A DNA stretch of 64,000 nucleotides, from the NCBI GenBank assembly GCA_034722015.1, contig JAYENI010000081.1:6022-70021 (forward strand), read 5' to 3'. The notes under the pieces were generated by a model. That model was not told the DNA's origin, searched no databases, and was given only the letters and a program-made list of their open reading frames with translations. Of this stretch, positions 10,127-19,996 are shown piece after piece. The stretch is from Pseudomonadota bacterium. GTDB lineage: Bacteria > Pseudomonadota > Gammaproteobacteria > JAJDOJ01. A program made the translations under genes and the position numbers. Within the stretch, counting starts at the first letter, position 1; the number at the start of each line of letters is the position of its first letter.

Positions 10127-11749
10127 TCAGTGTCGGCCACCATCCATGACATCGAGTATTGCTAGGGCGGATTTGGCGGCCTTCTCTATCTCCAGGGTGT
10201 CCTCCAGCCGTTTACCGTGGGGGTGGCTCTTCTCCAGCCGTTGCGCGTGCCTGGAGATACCGTGGAGCAGTTTGCTTAACTTTTTCTGCAACTCATCGGC
10301 CTGCGCCTGTCTGTCGCGCTGCGAATGTTCCAGTTCTTCCCAGGCCTCCGCTGCACGCATGGAGGATTTCCACCATTCCACGAGACGGGCCTTGTGATCC
10401 GCCATGATGTTGACCGACTGGGCCATGGCATTCACCTCATCGCGCCCCCCCGGGAGGGTGGGTATACGCTCTATGGGTTCTTCGAAAGCCAGTTGGTCCA
10501 GAAATCCGGCGATGCGCCATAAGGGGCGTGTGATGCTTAGTGTGATAATCACCGCCGATAGTATGCCCATCAGGGTTGCCAGACCTGCCAACCACAGCAT
10601 GAACCGGACATTTGTCGTGGAGGCGTTACGAATGCGTTCGATGCTCTCCTGCATCGCCTGCTCGGCGTACAGGCCGTTTTTCTGCACCAGTCGGGTTACT
10701 TCAGCAACCGTGTCGCGCATCTCGCCTTGCAGTCGGTCGATTTCCCTGTTCTGGTCGACCAGGGCGAGAAAGTCACGGCGGTAGTCGCTGAGCAGGCCTT
10801 CGAACGCATCCTTGTCCACTTCGGAAACGTCACAAATGTCGAGCTGATTTTGAATCCGTACCAGTTCCTGCAGTGCCATGCCGACGTACTGCTGGTCACC
10901 GCGCAGCAGGTAGTCCTTCTCCCTTCTCCGCAGCTGCAGGACGTTGTTACCCAGGTGCGGGATGTAGTGGCTGGAGATCGAGGCCTCGATACGATCGGCG
11001 GCCTCGCTGAAGGGACCCGTGCCCCCCTGGACCTCATCCTGGACCAGGACCGCTTCCGAATAGGCGAGGAAGGCCTCCCGGTAGACCCCCGACTCCCACA
11101 ACAGCGCCTGTTTCATTTCCGGTTCCAGGCCAGACGCATTAACCTGCGCCTCGAATGCACCGATCTGTCGCAATACCTCGTCGCGGTACAGTGCTTCCCG
11201 CCTGAGCCCCAGGTCCTTTTCCGCCTGCCGGATCTGCAGCAGTTTCAGGTACAGGTTACCGACCTTGAAGTGCTCGGCCCTGTCCTCCAGCACGTGCGCG
11301 GTGTCGCGGAATGCGCCCTGGAGACCGGAATTGTGGTCCAGCCCCTTGGTGCGCCAGGCCTCGGCGATCGCATCAAAAAGTTGCCGGTAGGTGCGCACCA
11401 GTTCGGAGATTCGTGCCGCGACCTCCGCGCCCTCGGTGTCAACTTGTGCCAGGGCCTCCGTCTCCGTCATAACGCCATGGAGAGATTCGGTCACCGCTGA
11501 CGCAGTTTCCTCGTTTCGGTACAGGAGAAACTCCTTCTCGGCGCGGCGCGCCTCGAGCATCTGTTTCTCGATACGCAGGGCATGGCCCCATTTTTCCGCG
11601 AACACCGCCTCCAACCTCTCGTAGTCGGAGAGGGTGTGTTGCAGGGTCTGGTGGTATTGCCAGATAACGGCGAGAAACAGAAGGCCCACGAGGCCGAAAC
11701 TGAGACCGATCTTTTCGCCGATGCGAAATTGCGAATAAAAATGTTTCAT
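10127..11749 (-). CDS. Membrane sensor with periplasmic CHASE3-like helical repeats and HAMP domain, no recognisable output domain
   Basis: TM1 at the N-terminus. Three repeated EK(E/D)(F/L/Y)LL motifs in the periplasmic part. TM2 followed by a HAMP-like segment (ITRPLWRIAGFLDQLA...NAMAQSVNIM) and a C-terminal coiled coil. No kinase or MCP signalling domain. Confidence 0.6.
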   Translation of the reverse strand: MKHFYSQFRIGEKIGLSFGLVGLLFLAVIWQYHQTLQHTLSDYERLEAVFAEKWGHALRIEKQMLEARRAEKEFLLYRNEETASAVTESLHGVMTETEALAQVDTEGAEVAARISELVRTYRQLFDAIAEAWRTKGLDHNSGLQGAFRDTAHVLEDRAEHFKVGNLYLKLLQIRQAEKDLGLRREALYRDEVLRQIGAFEAQVNASGLEPEMKQALLWESGVYREAFLAYSEAVLVQDEVQGGTGPFSEAADRIEASISSHYIPHLGNNVLQLRRREKDYLLRGDQQYVGMALQELVRIQNQLDICDVSEVDKDAFEGLLSDYRRDFLALVDQNREIDRLQGEMRDTVAEVTRLVQKNGLYAEQAMQESIERIRNASTTNVRFMLWLAGLATLMGILSAVIITLSITRPLWRIAGFLDQLAFEEPIERIPTLPGGRDEVNAMAQSVNIMADHKARLVEWWKSSMRAAEAWEELEHSQRDRQAQADELQKKLSKLLHGISRHAQRLEKSHPHGKRLEDTLEIEKAAKSALAILDVMDGGRH

Positions 11750-11766
11750 GGCCCGGGTCCGGTTCG

Positions 11767-13206
11767 CTATTGATTTCCGTTTCCATTGACAAAAGACAAG
11801 AGATTCTCCTGTCGGTAGCTTAGCGGGATCATCCGCCCCCGTACCCGGGTAAATACTCCGATCCAGGGTACGTTCGCACTAAAGACAATGTGGTGATTTT
11901 TTATGCCGCCAGCTTCGAGCCACCATGGGTGTTCCCGGTCCAGCGGGGAATGGCTGACGAAAAACGGTGTGCTCTCCGCGATACCCAGACCATCGCGAAA
12001 GTGTTTCACGTCGCCCCGTGTGTAGCCGGCCGGCAGGTTCCGCCGGCGGATCCGGTTGTGAGTCAGCTCCCTCACCAGGCCGGGGTGCCGGTAGATGTTG
12101 ATCAGCATGTCCAGAGTGAAACGCGTCTTTACCGGTGCGGCGTGGCAGGCCACGAAGTCCTCGGTCAGGACGAGATAGGGTAGCCGCTGGTAGAAGCGGC
12201 GCATCTCCGCCAGATAGGCTTCCCCCCGGCGGCCGCGCAAGGTGGACTCCCACATCAGGCACTGGGCCACGCCGAACTTGAACACACTGTCGGAAAAGCT
12301 GTCGTGGTTGCCCCGGACGTAGAACAGCCGCTGGGGGAAGCGCTGCTTCAGGCGCAGTATCAGGTCCATCATCAGCAGCGAGTCCTCCATTTCGTCCAGT
12401 TGGCCATCCATTTCCGAATGCACGGCATCGCCCAGTATGATCAGGGCGGCATCACCGTTCTCAAGCGCTTCGAGAAACCCGTTGTGACTGAGCAGGGTCA
12501 GGAGATTGTCCACCTGGGCGTGCAGATCGCCGACGATCACGGGGGTCAGCTCCCCGGGCAGGCGCAGCACGCCCCCCGGCGTGCCCCGGTCATCCAGCTG
12601 GCGATAGACCTCCGTTTCCAGGATCGCGTTCACCGCGCGCAAGCTGTCGAGCGCCTCTTCTGCGGCCAGCGGTTGAACAGGTCCACCAAAGAATTTGCGG
12701 ATCCTGTGCAGCTTTTCGAGTCGCCAGCCTTTGACTTTCTCGATGGTATCCGCCCGGGACACGGGACTGAGTTCGATCTCGGCATCGGACACCAGTGCCT
12801 TGAAGACCAGGGCGTCACCGTCGTGGGTGATGCTAAGCCTGCGCAGGTCCATGGTCTCGCGGTAGTTGAAGATGGCCGTTTGCAGTCTGTCGTGTTTTCC
12901 GATGACGATGGAGTCTCCGGGCTTTTCCAGGCGTAAAAAGCCGTTGATCCCCTTAAGGCACTGGTCAGGGGTGGTCAGCAGAAAAGACGTTTGCTCTTCT
13001 ATCGGAGGTCCTTGCAGGGGCAGTTCCGGGCAAACCAGCAGCTCGGTTCCGGCCCGCAGCAGGTTCACCCGAATGGGGGCGCGGTGGTGGATCACACGAA
13101 CCCGGCCCCTGCCCAGATGGTAGGGCTCGCGCAAACTGATCGCGGTCTGCCCTTCGGTGGGGGCGAACCGTGATTTCAGTCGTCCGAATATGCCCTTCTC
13201 TGTCAT
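11767..13206 (-). CDS. PPP-family (calcineurin-like) Ser/Thr phosphoesterase with N-terminal FHA-like/unknown domain
   Basis: Motifs VIVGDLHAQ, LGDAVHSE and RGNHD (GDxHG / GDxVDRG / GNHE-type). ORF trimmed to Met at 13206 to avoid overlap with the upstream P-loop gene. Confidence 0.7.
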   Translation of the reverse strand: MTEKGIFGRLKSRFAPTEGQTAISLREPYHLGRGRVRVIHHRAPIRVNLLRAGTELLVCPELPLQGPPIEEQTSFLLTTPDQCLKGINGFLRLEKPGDSIVIGKHDRLQTAIFNYRETMDLRRLSITHDGDALVFKALVSDAEIELSPVSRADTIEKVKGWRLEKLHRIRKFFGGPVQPLAAEEALDSLRAVNAILETEVYRQLDDRGTPGGVLRLPGELTPVIVGDLHAQVDNLLTLLSHNGFLEALENGDAALIILGDAVHSEMDGQLDEMEDSLLMMDLILRLKQRFPQRLFYVRGNHDSFSDSVFKFGVAQCLMWESTLRGRRGEAYLAEMRRFYQRLPYLVLTEDFVACHAAPVKTRFTLDMLINIYRHPGLVRELTHNRIRRRNLPAGYTRGDVKHFRDGLGIAESTPFFVSHSPLDREHPWWLEAGGIKNHHIVFSANVPWIGVFTRVRGRMIPLSYRQENLLSFVNGNGNQ

Positions 13207-13226
13207 TTCAACCGGGTTGGAGACAT

Positions 13227-13877
13227 TCAGCCGCGGGATCCCTGGAAGCGCGTCAGCCCGCCGTCCAGTCCCTCTCTTATATACAAGAGTATTCCATGGT
13301 GATGCAGATAACTGGCCGCGTTCCAAAGTGTATCCAGCTGCCTTTCAATCAATTCCCGATCGAAATGCTCGTCGACGCGATGGGTTTTTCTGCGTGCCCG
13401 CAGCCGGCGCTGTTCGCACAACGGTTTGGCCGGGGGCAGTATGAACTCGAAGACATATTTCCGGCGCCAGTCCCTGGACAGGACATGATGTTTTGGGGGA
13501 GGTATGGAAATTCGGGCGATATCCAGTTGCGGCGTTTCCTGGGCCTGTTCCCATTCCCTGTCGAACACCGCCAGGGACTCCGGGTAATCAACGAAGGGAA
13601 ATCCCAGGTGCACTTCCCGTGGACGCAGCGCCAGCATGCGTGAGGCCCACCAGCGTTTCAGGGCGAAATCCACGTAGCCCTCTTCCGGCCAACCGCCGAT
13701 TTGCCGGACCAGCGTGGACTTGCCGGATCCTGGCGGACCGGTGATGAGGAGTTGATGGATCTTCACGTCGGCGGGAAAGGCCATCCCCCGGAAGGTCTGC
13801 AGATTGGTGATCGTTTCGGTCTCGAAAGAACTCATCGATTCAATCCATGCGCACCCTAGGACTGCCACGGTCATCAA
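13227..13877 (-). CDS. P-loop NTPase of unknown family (paralog A)
   Basis: Walker A LITGPPGSGKSTLV. ~45% identity to the divergent gene at 13993-14799 across the whole length (shared W-W...RPRE-H--FPF...FD--W...LD--RI-IP-KK...WR--F-F-FILPP). Confidence 0.6.
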   Translation of the reverse strand: MMTVAVLGCAWIESMSSFETETITNLQTFRGMAFPADVKIHQLLITGPPGSGKSTLVRQIGGWPEEGYVDFALKRWWASRMLALRPREVHLGFPFVDYPESLAVFDREWEQAQETPQLDIARISIPPPKHHVLSRDWRRKYVFEFILPPAKPLCEQRRLRARRKTHRVDEHFDRELIERQLDTLWNAASYLHHHGILLYIREGLDGGLTRFQGSRG

Positions 13878-13992
13878 AGCGTAACATTTAAACGGTACGT
13901 TGATCTGCGGGGGTTTCTGCCTGCAGATTGAATAAACAAACGATGCAGCCGGGAAGTTCTGAACCGTACCGACAACAGGGTGTGTTCCTGCT

Positions 13993-14799
13993 ATGCTGCT
14001 TATTGATTACAGGATAGGGGCTCCTCCTCGATCCGCACTCCTTCTAGACCCCCCTGCCGGGAACGGGCGGACGATGAAACTGACTGACTGTCACGGTATT
14101 TCCTATCCGGCCAAGATGAAATTTGGAAGCTGGATCGTGGCGGGCCCGCCAGGATCCGGAAAGTCCTGGCTCATCGACCGGATCGGCGGCTACCCCGGAG
14201 AGGTCGGCATCGACATCTCCCAGGACAAATGGTGGACCGTTGAACCGCTGACCCACAGGCCCCGGGAGCTCCATTTCGCTTTCCCGTTCAAAGGACTCAA
14301 AGACGCCCTGTCGGTGTATGACGAACCCTGGCGGGGGCGCAGCGAGTTTCCCGAGCTGGATTTCGATCGCATACGCATTCCGAAGAAGAAGAAGTTTGTC
14401 CTGGCCCCCAACTGGCGCGCCCGTTTCGTATTCGATTTTATCCTTCCCCCCCCGACCTGGCTTTTCGAGAATCGGAAGAGGCGCCTGTCTTCGGGTGACG
14501 TTCGCCTGGTCGACATGGGATTGACGCAGGAGTGGATCGCCTGGCAGGTGCATATCCATTGGCAGGTCGCCTGGTTCTTCCACCAGTCTGGCCTGCAGGT
14601 GATGCTGCGGCCTTTCAATACCGCGCGCCCCTACTCCTTTCCGGTGCTCAGGAAGGTCTTGAAAAAGAAGGCCCAGGCCGCTGAGAAAGCAGTCAATCCC
14701 GAGATGGACTGGTCCAAGGTGAAGTTCGTCAAGCTGTGGTTCGATGAGGCCTCACCCGACAAGTGGAAATTTCAGCCGCTGTCGGAAAAAGCGGCCTAA
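13993..14799 (+). CDS. P-loop NTPase of unknown family (paralog B), with lysine-rich C-terminal extension
   Basis: Walker A IVAGPPGSGKSWLI. Paralog of 13227-13877 and divergently transcribed from it. Probable true start MKLTD at 14074. Confidence 0.6.
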   Translation: MLLIDYRIGAPPRSALLLDPPAGNGRTMKLTDCHGISYPAKMKFGSWIVAGPPGSGKSWLIDRIGGYPGEVGIDISQDKWWTVEPLTHRPRELHFAFPFKGLKDALSVYDEPWRGRSEFPELDFDRIRIPKKKKFVLAPNWRARFVFDFILPPPTWLFENRKRRLSSGDVRLVDMGLTQEWIAWQVHIHWQVAWFFHQSGLQVMLRPFNTARPYSFPVLRKVLKKKAQAAEKAVNPEMDWSKVKFVKLWFDEASPDKWKFQPLSEKAA

Positions 14800-14956
14800 G
14801 GCGATTTCTGGAAAATAACATACCAGCCTGCTTGTTTGTTCGTCCGTCTTCGGCGTTGCGCCAACGGTTGCATAGTTCGACTATGCGCCCGTTTCCGCGC
14901 CTTGAAGACGAACGAAAATCCTGCGCATTCTGGTATGTAATTTCCCGGCAATCGCC
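14800..14956. repeat. MITE-like element copy 2
   Basis: ggcgatttctggaaaataacatacc ... ggtatgtaatttcccggcaatcgcc. Flanked by CTAAG / CTGAG. Sits between convergent gene ends. Confidence 0.8.
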
Positions 14957-14965
14957 TGAGCGCTG

Positions 14966-16237
14966 TTAACCGCCGCCGAAGATACCCTTCAGGGTAAAGA
15001 AAAACAGCATCGCGAGCACGGCCCCGGCCGGGACCGTGATGATCCAGGAGATGACGATATCCCGGATCACGCGCAGGTCCAGGGCGCCGAGGCCCCGGGT
15101 CATGCCGACCCCCATCACCGCGCCCACGGCGATATGGGTGGTGGATACCGGCAGACCGGTCTTGGAGGCGAGCACCACGGTGGTGGCGGCCGCCAGGGTC
15201 GCGCAATAGCCGCGGGAGGGGGTGAGCTGTGTAATGCGCGTGCCGATGGTGCGCATCACACGATAACCCAGGGTGGCCAGGCCGAGCACGATGCCGACGC
15301 CGCCCAGCATCAGGACCCACAGCGGCATCTCCGCCTGCTGTGACACTTCACCGCCGCTTTGCACCAGGGCGATGACCGCCGCCAGGGGACCGATTCCGTT
15401 TGCCACGTCGTTGGAGCCGTGCGCGAAGGCCATGGCGCAGGCGGTAAATACCATCATCGGGACGAAGATCTTCTCCACCATGGCGAACTGGACGTCGCGG
15501 TCGGCGCTCTCCTCCACCGATACCTTGTCGATCATCATCTTTCCGATGAAAGCGATGATGACGCCCAGGATCGTGGCTGCAATGATGCTCTCAATCGGAG
15601 AAAGATCCAGGTTCAGGTGCTTGAGGCCCTTGAACATGGTCACCAGGCAAACGATCCAGCCCACGAGGAACACATAGAAGGGTCCCCATTTGCGCGCCTG
15701 CCGTACGGGATCGTCGGTACGCATGATCAGACGTTGCACGCTGATCATCAGAATGTATCCGAAAAATCCGCCCAGCAGCGGGGAGACCACCCAGCTGACC
15801 ACGATCTGGGTGATCTTCCCCCAGTTGACCGCGTCGACGGAAATGCCTACCAGGGCGAAGCCCACCAGGCCGCCGATGATGCTGTGTGTGGTGGAAACCG
15901 GCCAGCCGTTCCAGGAGGCCAGCATGAGCCAGATCGCGGCGGCCAGCAGGGCCGCCAGCATGCCGTAGACCAGAATTTCCGGGGTGCCGGCAATCATCTG
16001 CGGATCGATGATCCCCTTGCGGATGGTTTTGGTGACGTTGCCGCCCGCGATGAACGCCCCGGCGAATTCGAAGATCGCCGCGATGATGATGGCCTGCTTG
16101 ACCGTGATGCCGCCGGAACCCACCGAGGTGCCCATGGCATTGGCCACGTCGTTGGCCCCGATGCCCCAGGTCATGTACAGACCGAAGACGATGGCCAGGG
16201 TCAGAAAGACCGTGCTGTACTGAGCGATGATTTCCAT
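14966..16237 (-). CDS. pit: Inorganic phosphate transporter, PiT family
   Basis: GANDVANAMGTSVGSG (twice: GSNDVANGIGPLAAV), the PHO4/PiT signature. About 12 TM segments. Confidence 0.9.
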   Translation of the reverse strand: MEIIAQYSTVFLTLAIVFGLYMTWGIGANDVANAMGTSVGSGGITVKQAIIIAAIFEFAGAFIAGGNVTKTIRKGIIDPQMIAGTPEILVYGMLAALLAAAIWLMLASWNGWPVSTTHSIIGGLVGFALVGISVDAVNWGKITQIVVSWVVSPLLGGFFGYILMISVQRLIMRTDDPVRQARKWGPFYVFLVGWIVCLVTMFKGLKHLNLDLSPIESIIAATILGVIIAFIGKMMIDKVSVEESADRDVQFAMVEKIFVPMMVFTACAMAFAHGSNDVANGIGPLAAVIALVQSGGEVSQQAEMPLWVLMLGGVGIVLGLATLGYRVMRTIGTRITQLTPSRGYCATLAAATTVVLASKTGLPVSTTHIAVGAVMGVGMTRGLGALDLRVIRDIVISWIITVPAGAVLAMLFFFTLKGIFGGG

Positions 16238-16287
16238 GCCGGATTCCTCCGCGTTTGTCGTCTATCCCTGAAGGGGTTCGGTTGGTG

Positions 16288-16968
16288 TCAGCGCGCCACG
16301 AGCATGCGCATGCGGCTTCCCACCAGCTCGGCATGGTCAGCCAGCTCGCCCAGCCAGCGGGCGAGCTGGTAGGTGAAGATGGTGGAGACCGGGTCGGTGT
16401 CCTTGTGGTGCTGGTAGAGGTTGTTGACCACCTCGATGCCCAGCATGTCGGCGCCGTCCTCGCTCCTGGATACCTCGTCGATCAATTCGTAGACGCGGTC
16501 CAGGTCCGGGCCCTTGAAGCCCGTCTCTACCAGGGCGTCGAGCATCTTTATCACGTCCAGGGCCTTGTGCACGGTCTCCTGCGACTTGTTGGCCAGGGTA
16601 ATCAGCGGCTCTCGCAGTTCGCTCGAGACCTCCAGGTGGATCAGCAGCAGGCCGGCGATGTCCTGTGAGGTGTCCGCGATCTCCTCCTGTTCCCGCAGCA
16701 CGGCAATGACGTCGTGGCGGTGTACCGGTAGAAACTTGCTCTGGGACAGGCTGGAAGAGAGGCTGTCGAAGATTTCGTCGGCCTGGCTCTCCAGTTCGAA
16801 CACCTTCTCCCGGGCGCCCTGCAGGGCCTCTTCGTCCTCGTCGAACAGGGCGAGCAGCATGACGGGGACTTGTTCAACGCACTTCGATGCCAGTTTCATG
16901 TGCTTCTTAAGCGGCGGAAACGGGGAACCGCCCAATAGTTTCTTGAAGCTGATGGTCGTGGTCATGGT
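16288..16968 (-). CDS. DUF47 family PhoU-like phosphate transport regulator (PiT accessory protein)
   Basis: Co-oriented immediately upstream of pit, with the helical PhoU-like DUF47 pattern. Start taken at MTTTISFKK (16968), not the longer ORF. Confidence 0.8.
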   Translation of the reverse strand, partial: TMTTTISFKKLLGGSPFPPLKKHMKLASKCVEQVPVMLLALFDEDEEALQGAREKVFELESQADEIFDSLSSSLSQSKFLPVHRHDVIAVLREQEEIADTSQDIAGLLLIHLEVSSELREPLITLANKSQETVHKALDVIKMLDALVETGFKGPDLDRVYELIDEVSRSEDGADMLGIEVVNNLYQHHKDTDPVSTIFTYQLARWLGELADHAELVGSRMRMLVAR

Positions 16969-17705
16969 GTCGTTCCTCTCCTCGTTCGACGGGTTCACTC
17001 GTTCCGCCGGGCTTCGAGCGGGCTGGTCCGGCCGACCGATGCGATCAACATGGCGACCGTTGCGGATCTTCACGTAGGACGTGCCGGCCCCAATAACCTG
17101 AGTGCATGGAAATTATCATGCTATCGCACACTAACCTAGTTTTATTGGGCGATTTGTGCAAGCTGCCGGGGCCTGGAGAACAACGCCCGGAATGATCAAG
17201 AGCCTGCCCCATCGGTCTGTCGAGATTTTAGTCAGGTCGTCAACCGGGCCTGTGGCGCCGCGCGGTCGGCACACGGGCAATGGCGAAACAGGCCATGAAA
17301 AAAAAGTTTTGCCGTCAATCACATCGGGAAGCAGACAGCTCGTCCGCCGGGAAGTCATAGTAGAGAAACGCATTGAGCAGCCACGCCATCCCGATGCTCG
17401 TCACAGCGACCGGCAGCTTCATTGCAAAGTTGCGGATACGGACGGGATGGGTCTCCCCGGCCTTCATCTGCCGTTCCAGACAGATGCAGACGTTCAGGAA
17501 GGAACCGATGAGGACAGGGCTGTTCATGTCTGCCGTCATTTGCCTGTGATCGGGCATTTCCGGCGGCATTAAGGCCTCAGCCCGATGTCGTCCCTACGCG
17601 ACCATTGCAGGGAGCAGGTCCCTGTCAGGGACCTCTCGACACCTCTGGCAATTGCGCGGGCCGGGGAAGGTTGCGGGACGGTACGCCGTATACTGAATTG
17701 CTATT

Positions 17706-17724
17706 ATGACATGAATGTGACAAT
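17706..17724. promoter_or_regulatory. Putative Pho-box-like direct repeat (TGTCAC-N5-TGTCAT, 11-bp spacing)
   Basis: ATGACATGAATGTGACAAT in an AT-rich stretch ~100 bp upstream of nptA. Resembles PhoB-box half-sites CTGTCAT spaced 11 bp apart. Confidence 0.3.
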
Positions 17725-17825
17725 TATATTAGGGCCTGCATCAGCTGCTGCGAATGCAAAATGGCGGGGCCCTGCGGGCGTGATCGGGGTGCCTGGCTAG
17801 CGAAGATTACCCGAGGGATGCCATT

Positions 17826-19619
17826 ATGCTGCGCAAAATTCTGCTGCCCACCATTTTCCTTATTCTCGCCTGGGGATTCTGGGTCAGTCCCGACTTCAAG
17901 GAGATCGCCGCCGGGGTCTCCATTTTTCTGTTCGGTATGCTGTCGCTGGAAGAAGGGTTCCGCGCCTTCGCCGGCGGCACCCTGGAACACATACTCAAGA
18001 ACACGACAGACAAGCTCTGGAAGAGTTTGAGCTTCGGCATCGTCAGTACCACCCTGATGCAGTCCAGTTCGCTGGTCTCGGTGATTGCCATCTCCTTCCT
18101 GAGCGCGGGCCTGATCAGCCTTGCCGCCGGGGTCGGGATCATCTTCGGCGCCAATATCGGCACCACAACCGGCGCCTGGCTGGTCGCCGGCTTCGGCCTT
18201 AAGGTCAAGATCTCGGCCTACGCGATGCCGATGCTGGTCTTCGGCGTACTGCTGCTGTTCCAGAAATCCAAGGCCCTCAAGGGCATCGGCTACATCCTGA
18301 CCGGCCTCGGTTTTCTGTTTCTCGGCATTCACTACATGAAAGAGGGGTTCGAGGCGTTCAAGGACAGCTTCGACCTGGCCAGGTTCGCGGTCGCCGGCTA
18401 TCCCGGACTGTTCCTGTTCGCCGGCATCGGCATCGCGGCGACCGTGGTGATGCAGTCCAGTCATGCCACGCTGGTGTTGACCATCACCGCACTGGCCGCC
18501 GGACAGATCACCTACGAAAACGCACTTGCGCTGGCCATCGGGGCCAATGTCGGCACCACCATCACCGCCATCATCGGCTCGATGAGTGCAAACGAACAGG
18601 GCAAGCGGCTGGCCGCGGCACACCTGATCTTCAACCTGGTAACCGGCCTGATCGCGATCGTGTTCATTCATCAGATGGTGGCCGCGGTGGATTGGATCAG
18701 CGCCCACACCGGCATCGCCGAAGACGACCACACGCTGAAGCTGGCGGTGTTCCATACCCTGTTCAACACCATTGGTGTGCTGGTGATGCTGCCGCTGATC
18801 GGCAAGTTGGTCAAAACGCTCGAAGGCATGTTCGAACCCAAGGTACCGTCGGTCAGCCAGCCGAAGTACCTGTCGGACTCCGCCATCGATTTCCCGGATA
18901 CCGCGCTGGAGGCCATACGCCAGGAGACCCTGCGGGTCTGGGACCACACCATCGATATCCTGGCCGGGGTCTACGGATTCGAGCGTGGACAGGTCCTCTC
19001 GGATACCGACCTGGCGGCGGTCGCCGATTCTCAGCGCAAGCTGCCGGATTTCGACGTGGATTCAGCTTACGAGCAGCAGGTAAAGCCACTTTACAGCGCC
19101 ATTATCACGTTCATCAGCCGTGCAGGGTTCTCCTGGCAGGAGCAGCAGTCCGGGGACATCCACTGGCTGCGCGAGGCGAACCAGAACATGGTCGATGCAA
19201 TCAAGGCCGCCAAGCACATGCGCAAGAACCTCATGGCCGCGGTGGCGTCGACGGACGAGGGCCGGCGCGCGATCTACAACAACATGCGCGTCCAGCTGTC
19301 GCTGTTGATCCGTGAGCTGGAAAAAATTCGATCGGCGCCCGCGGACGAGCCCCCGGTGCTGTCCCTGGACCACATGCGCCTGATGCTGCACGAACACTGC
19401 GATGTCCTGAATGCGCGCATGGCCGAGGCAATGCGCGAAGATCGGATGTCCGGTGATGTGGCGACCTCGCTGCTGAACGATTCCAACTACGGACAGGAGG
19501 TCTTTCGCAAGCTCGTGGACATAGGCGAGACCCTGTTCGTCAGGCACGGGCGCAGTCTCAGCGATGCGGAGCGCGCGGTGCTGTTGAGCGACGACGAACT
19601 TCGCGCGCTCGAGTCCTGA
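17826..19619 (+). CDS. Na+/phosphate cotransporter (NptA, type II-like) fused to PhoU-like domains
   Basis: N-terminal transporter half with LMQSSSLVSVIAISF and GANIGTTTGAW repeats (Na_Pi_cotrans). C-terminal soluble half has PhoU-like helical repeats. Confidence 0.85.
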   Translation: MLRKILLPTIFLILAWGFWVSPDFKEIAAGVSIFLFGMLSLEEGFRAFAGGTLEHILKNTTDKLWKSLSFGIVSTTLMQSSSLVSVIAISFLSAGLISLAAGVGIIFGANIGTTTGAWLVAGFGLKVKISAYAMPMLVFGVLLLFQKSKALKGIGYILTGLGFLFLGIHYMKEGFEAFKDSFDLARFAVAGYPGLFLFAGIGIAATVVMQSSHATLVLTITALAAGQITYENALALAIGANVGTTITAIIGSMSANEQGKRLAAAHLIFNLVTGLIAIVFIHQMVAAVDWISAHTGIAEDDHTLKLAVFHTLFNTIGVLVMLPLIGKLVKTLEGMFEPKVPSVSQPKYLSDSAIDFPDTALEAIRQETLRVWDHTIDILAGVYGFERGQVLSDTDLAAVADSQRKLPDFDVDSAYEQQVKPLYSAIITFISRAGFSWQEQQSGDIHWLREANQNMVDAIKAAKHMRKNLMAAVASTDEGRRAIYNNMRVQLSLLIRELEKIRSAPADEPPVLSLDHMRLMLHEHCDVLNARMAEAMREDRMSGDVATSLLNDSNYGQEVFRKLVDIGETLFVRHGRSLSDAERAVLLSDDELRALES

Positions 19620-19747
19620 CGCCTGGGCCGGCGCGACTTTCCACGGACTTCCGAAGGCGTCTGTGCGCTGTTCACGTTTCGTGGACTATCCCCGGCCCTG
19701 TTTCCCAAAGGGTGTAGGATGGGCAGTCAGATTACCGGGAACACGTC

Positions 19748-19996
19748 ATGAAAGAGAAAAAACTGCTCGCCCGCCTGGGCGCCTACCTGGATCTCGGCGC
19801 AAAACGCCGCAAGAAGCAGGTGAACGAACTCAAGGAACTCCTCAAGAAGCTCAGAAAGAAGGAGAAGGCAATGATCGGCGAGTGCCGCAAGGCCGGCAAG
19901 GGAGAGGAGCGTGACATGCTCGAAAAGCGCTATCTGATTCTCCACGCACAGCGTCTGAAAGGGCAGAAGGCGCTGAAGAAGATCGGGGGGAAATAG
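19748..19996 (+). CDS. Small lysine-rich basic protein, hypothetical
   Basis: 82 aa, KKQVNELKELLKKLRKKEKA. No family recognised. Could be spurious. Confidence 0.3.
   Translation: MKEKKLLARLGAYLDLGAKRRKKQVNELKELLKKLRKKEKAMIGECRKAGKGEERDMLEKRYLILHAQRLKGQKALKKIGGK

Noticed and set aside
15359-16372. 337-aa plus ORF and 247-aa minus ORF (15591-16334) overlapping the PiT gene
   Set aside because: Alternative frames of the pit gene with His/Asp/Gly/Arg-rich low-complexity translations. The PiT frame has the GANDVAN signatures.
17724-18947. 407-aa minus-strand ORF
   Set aside because: Antisense to the NptA transporter half. Gly/Asp/Arg/Gln-rich with no domain features.
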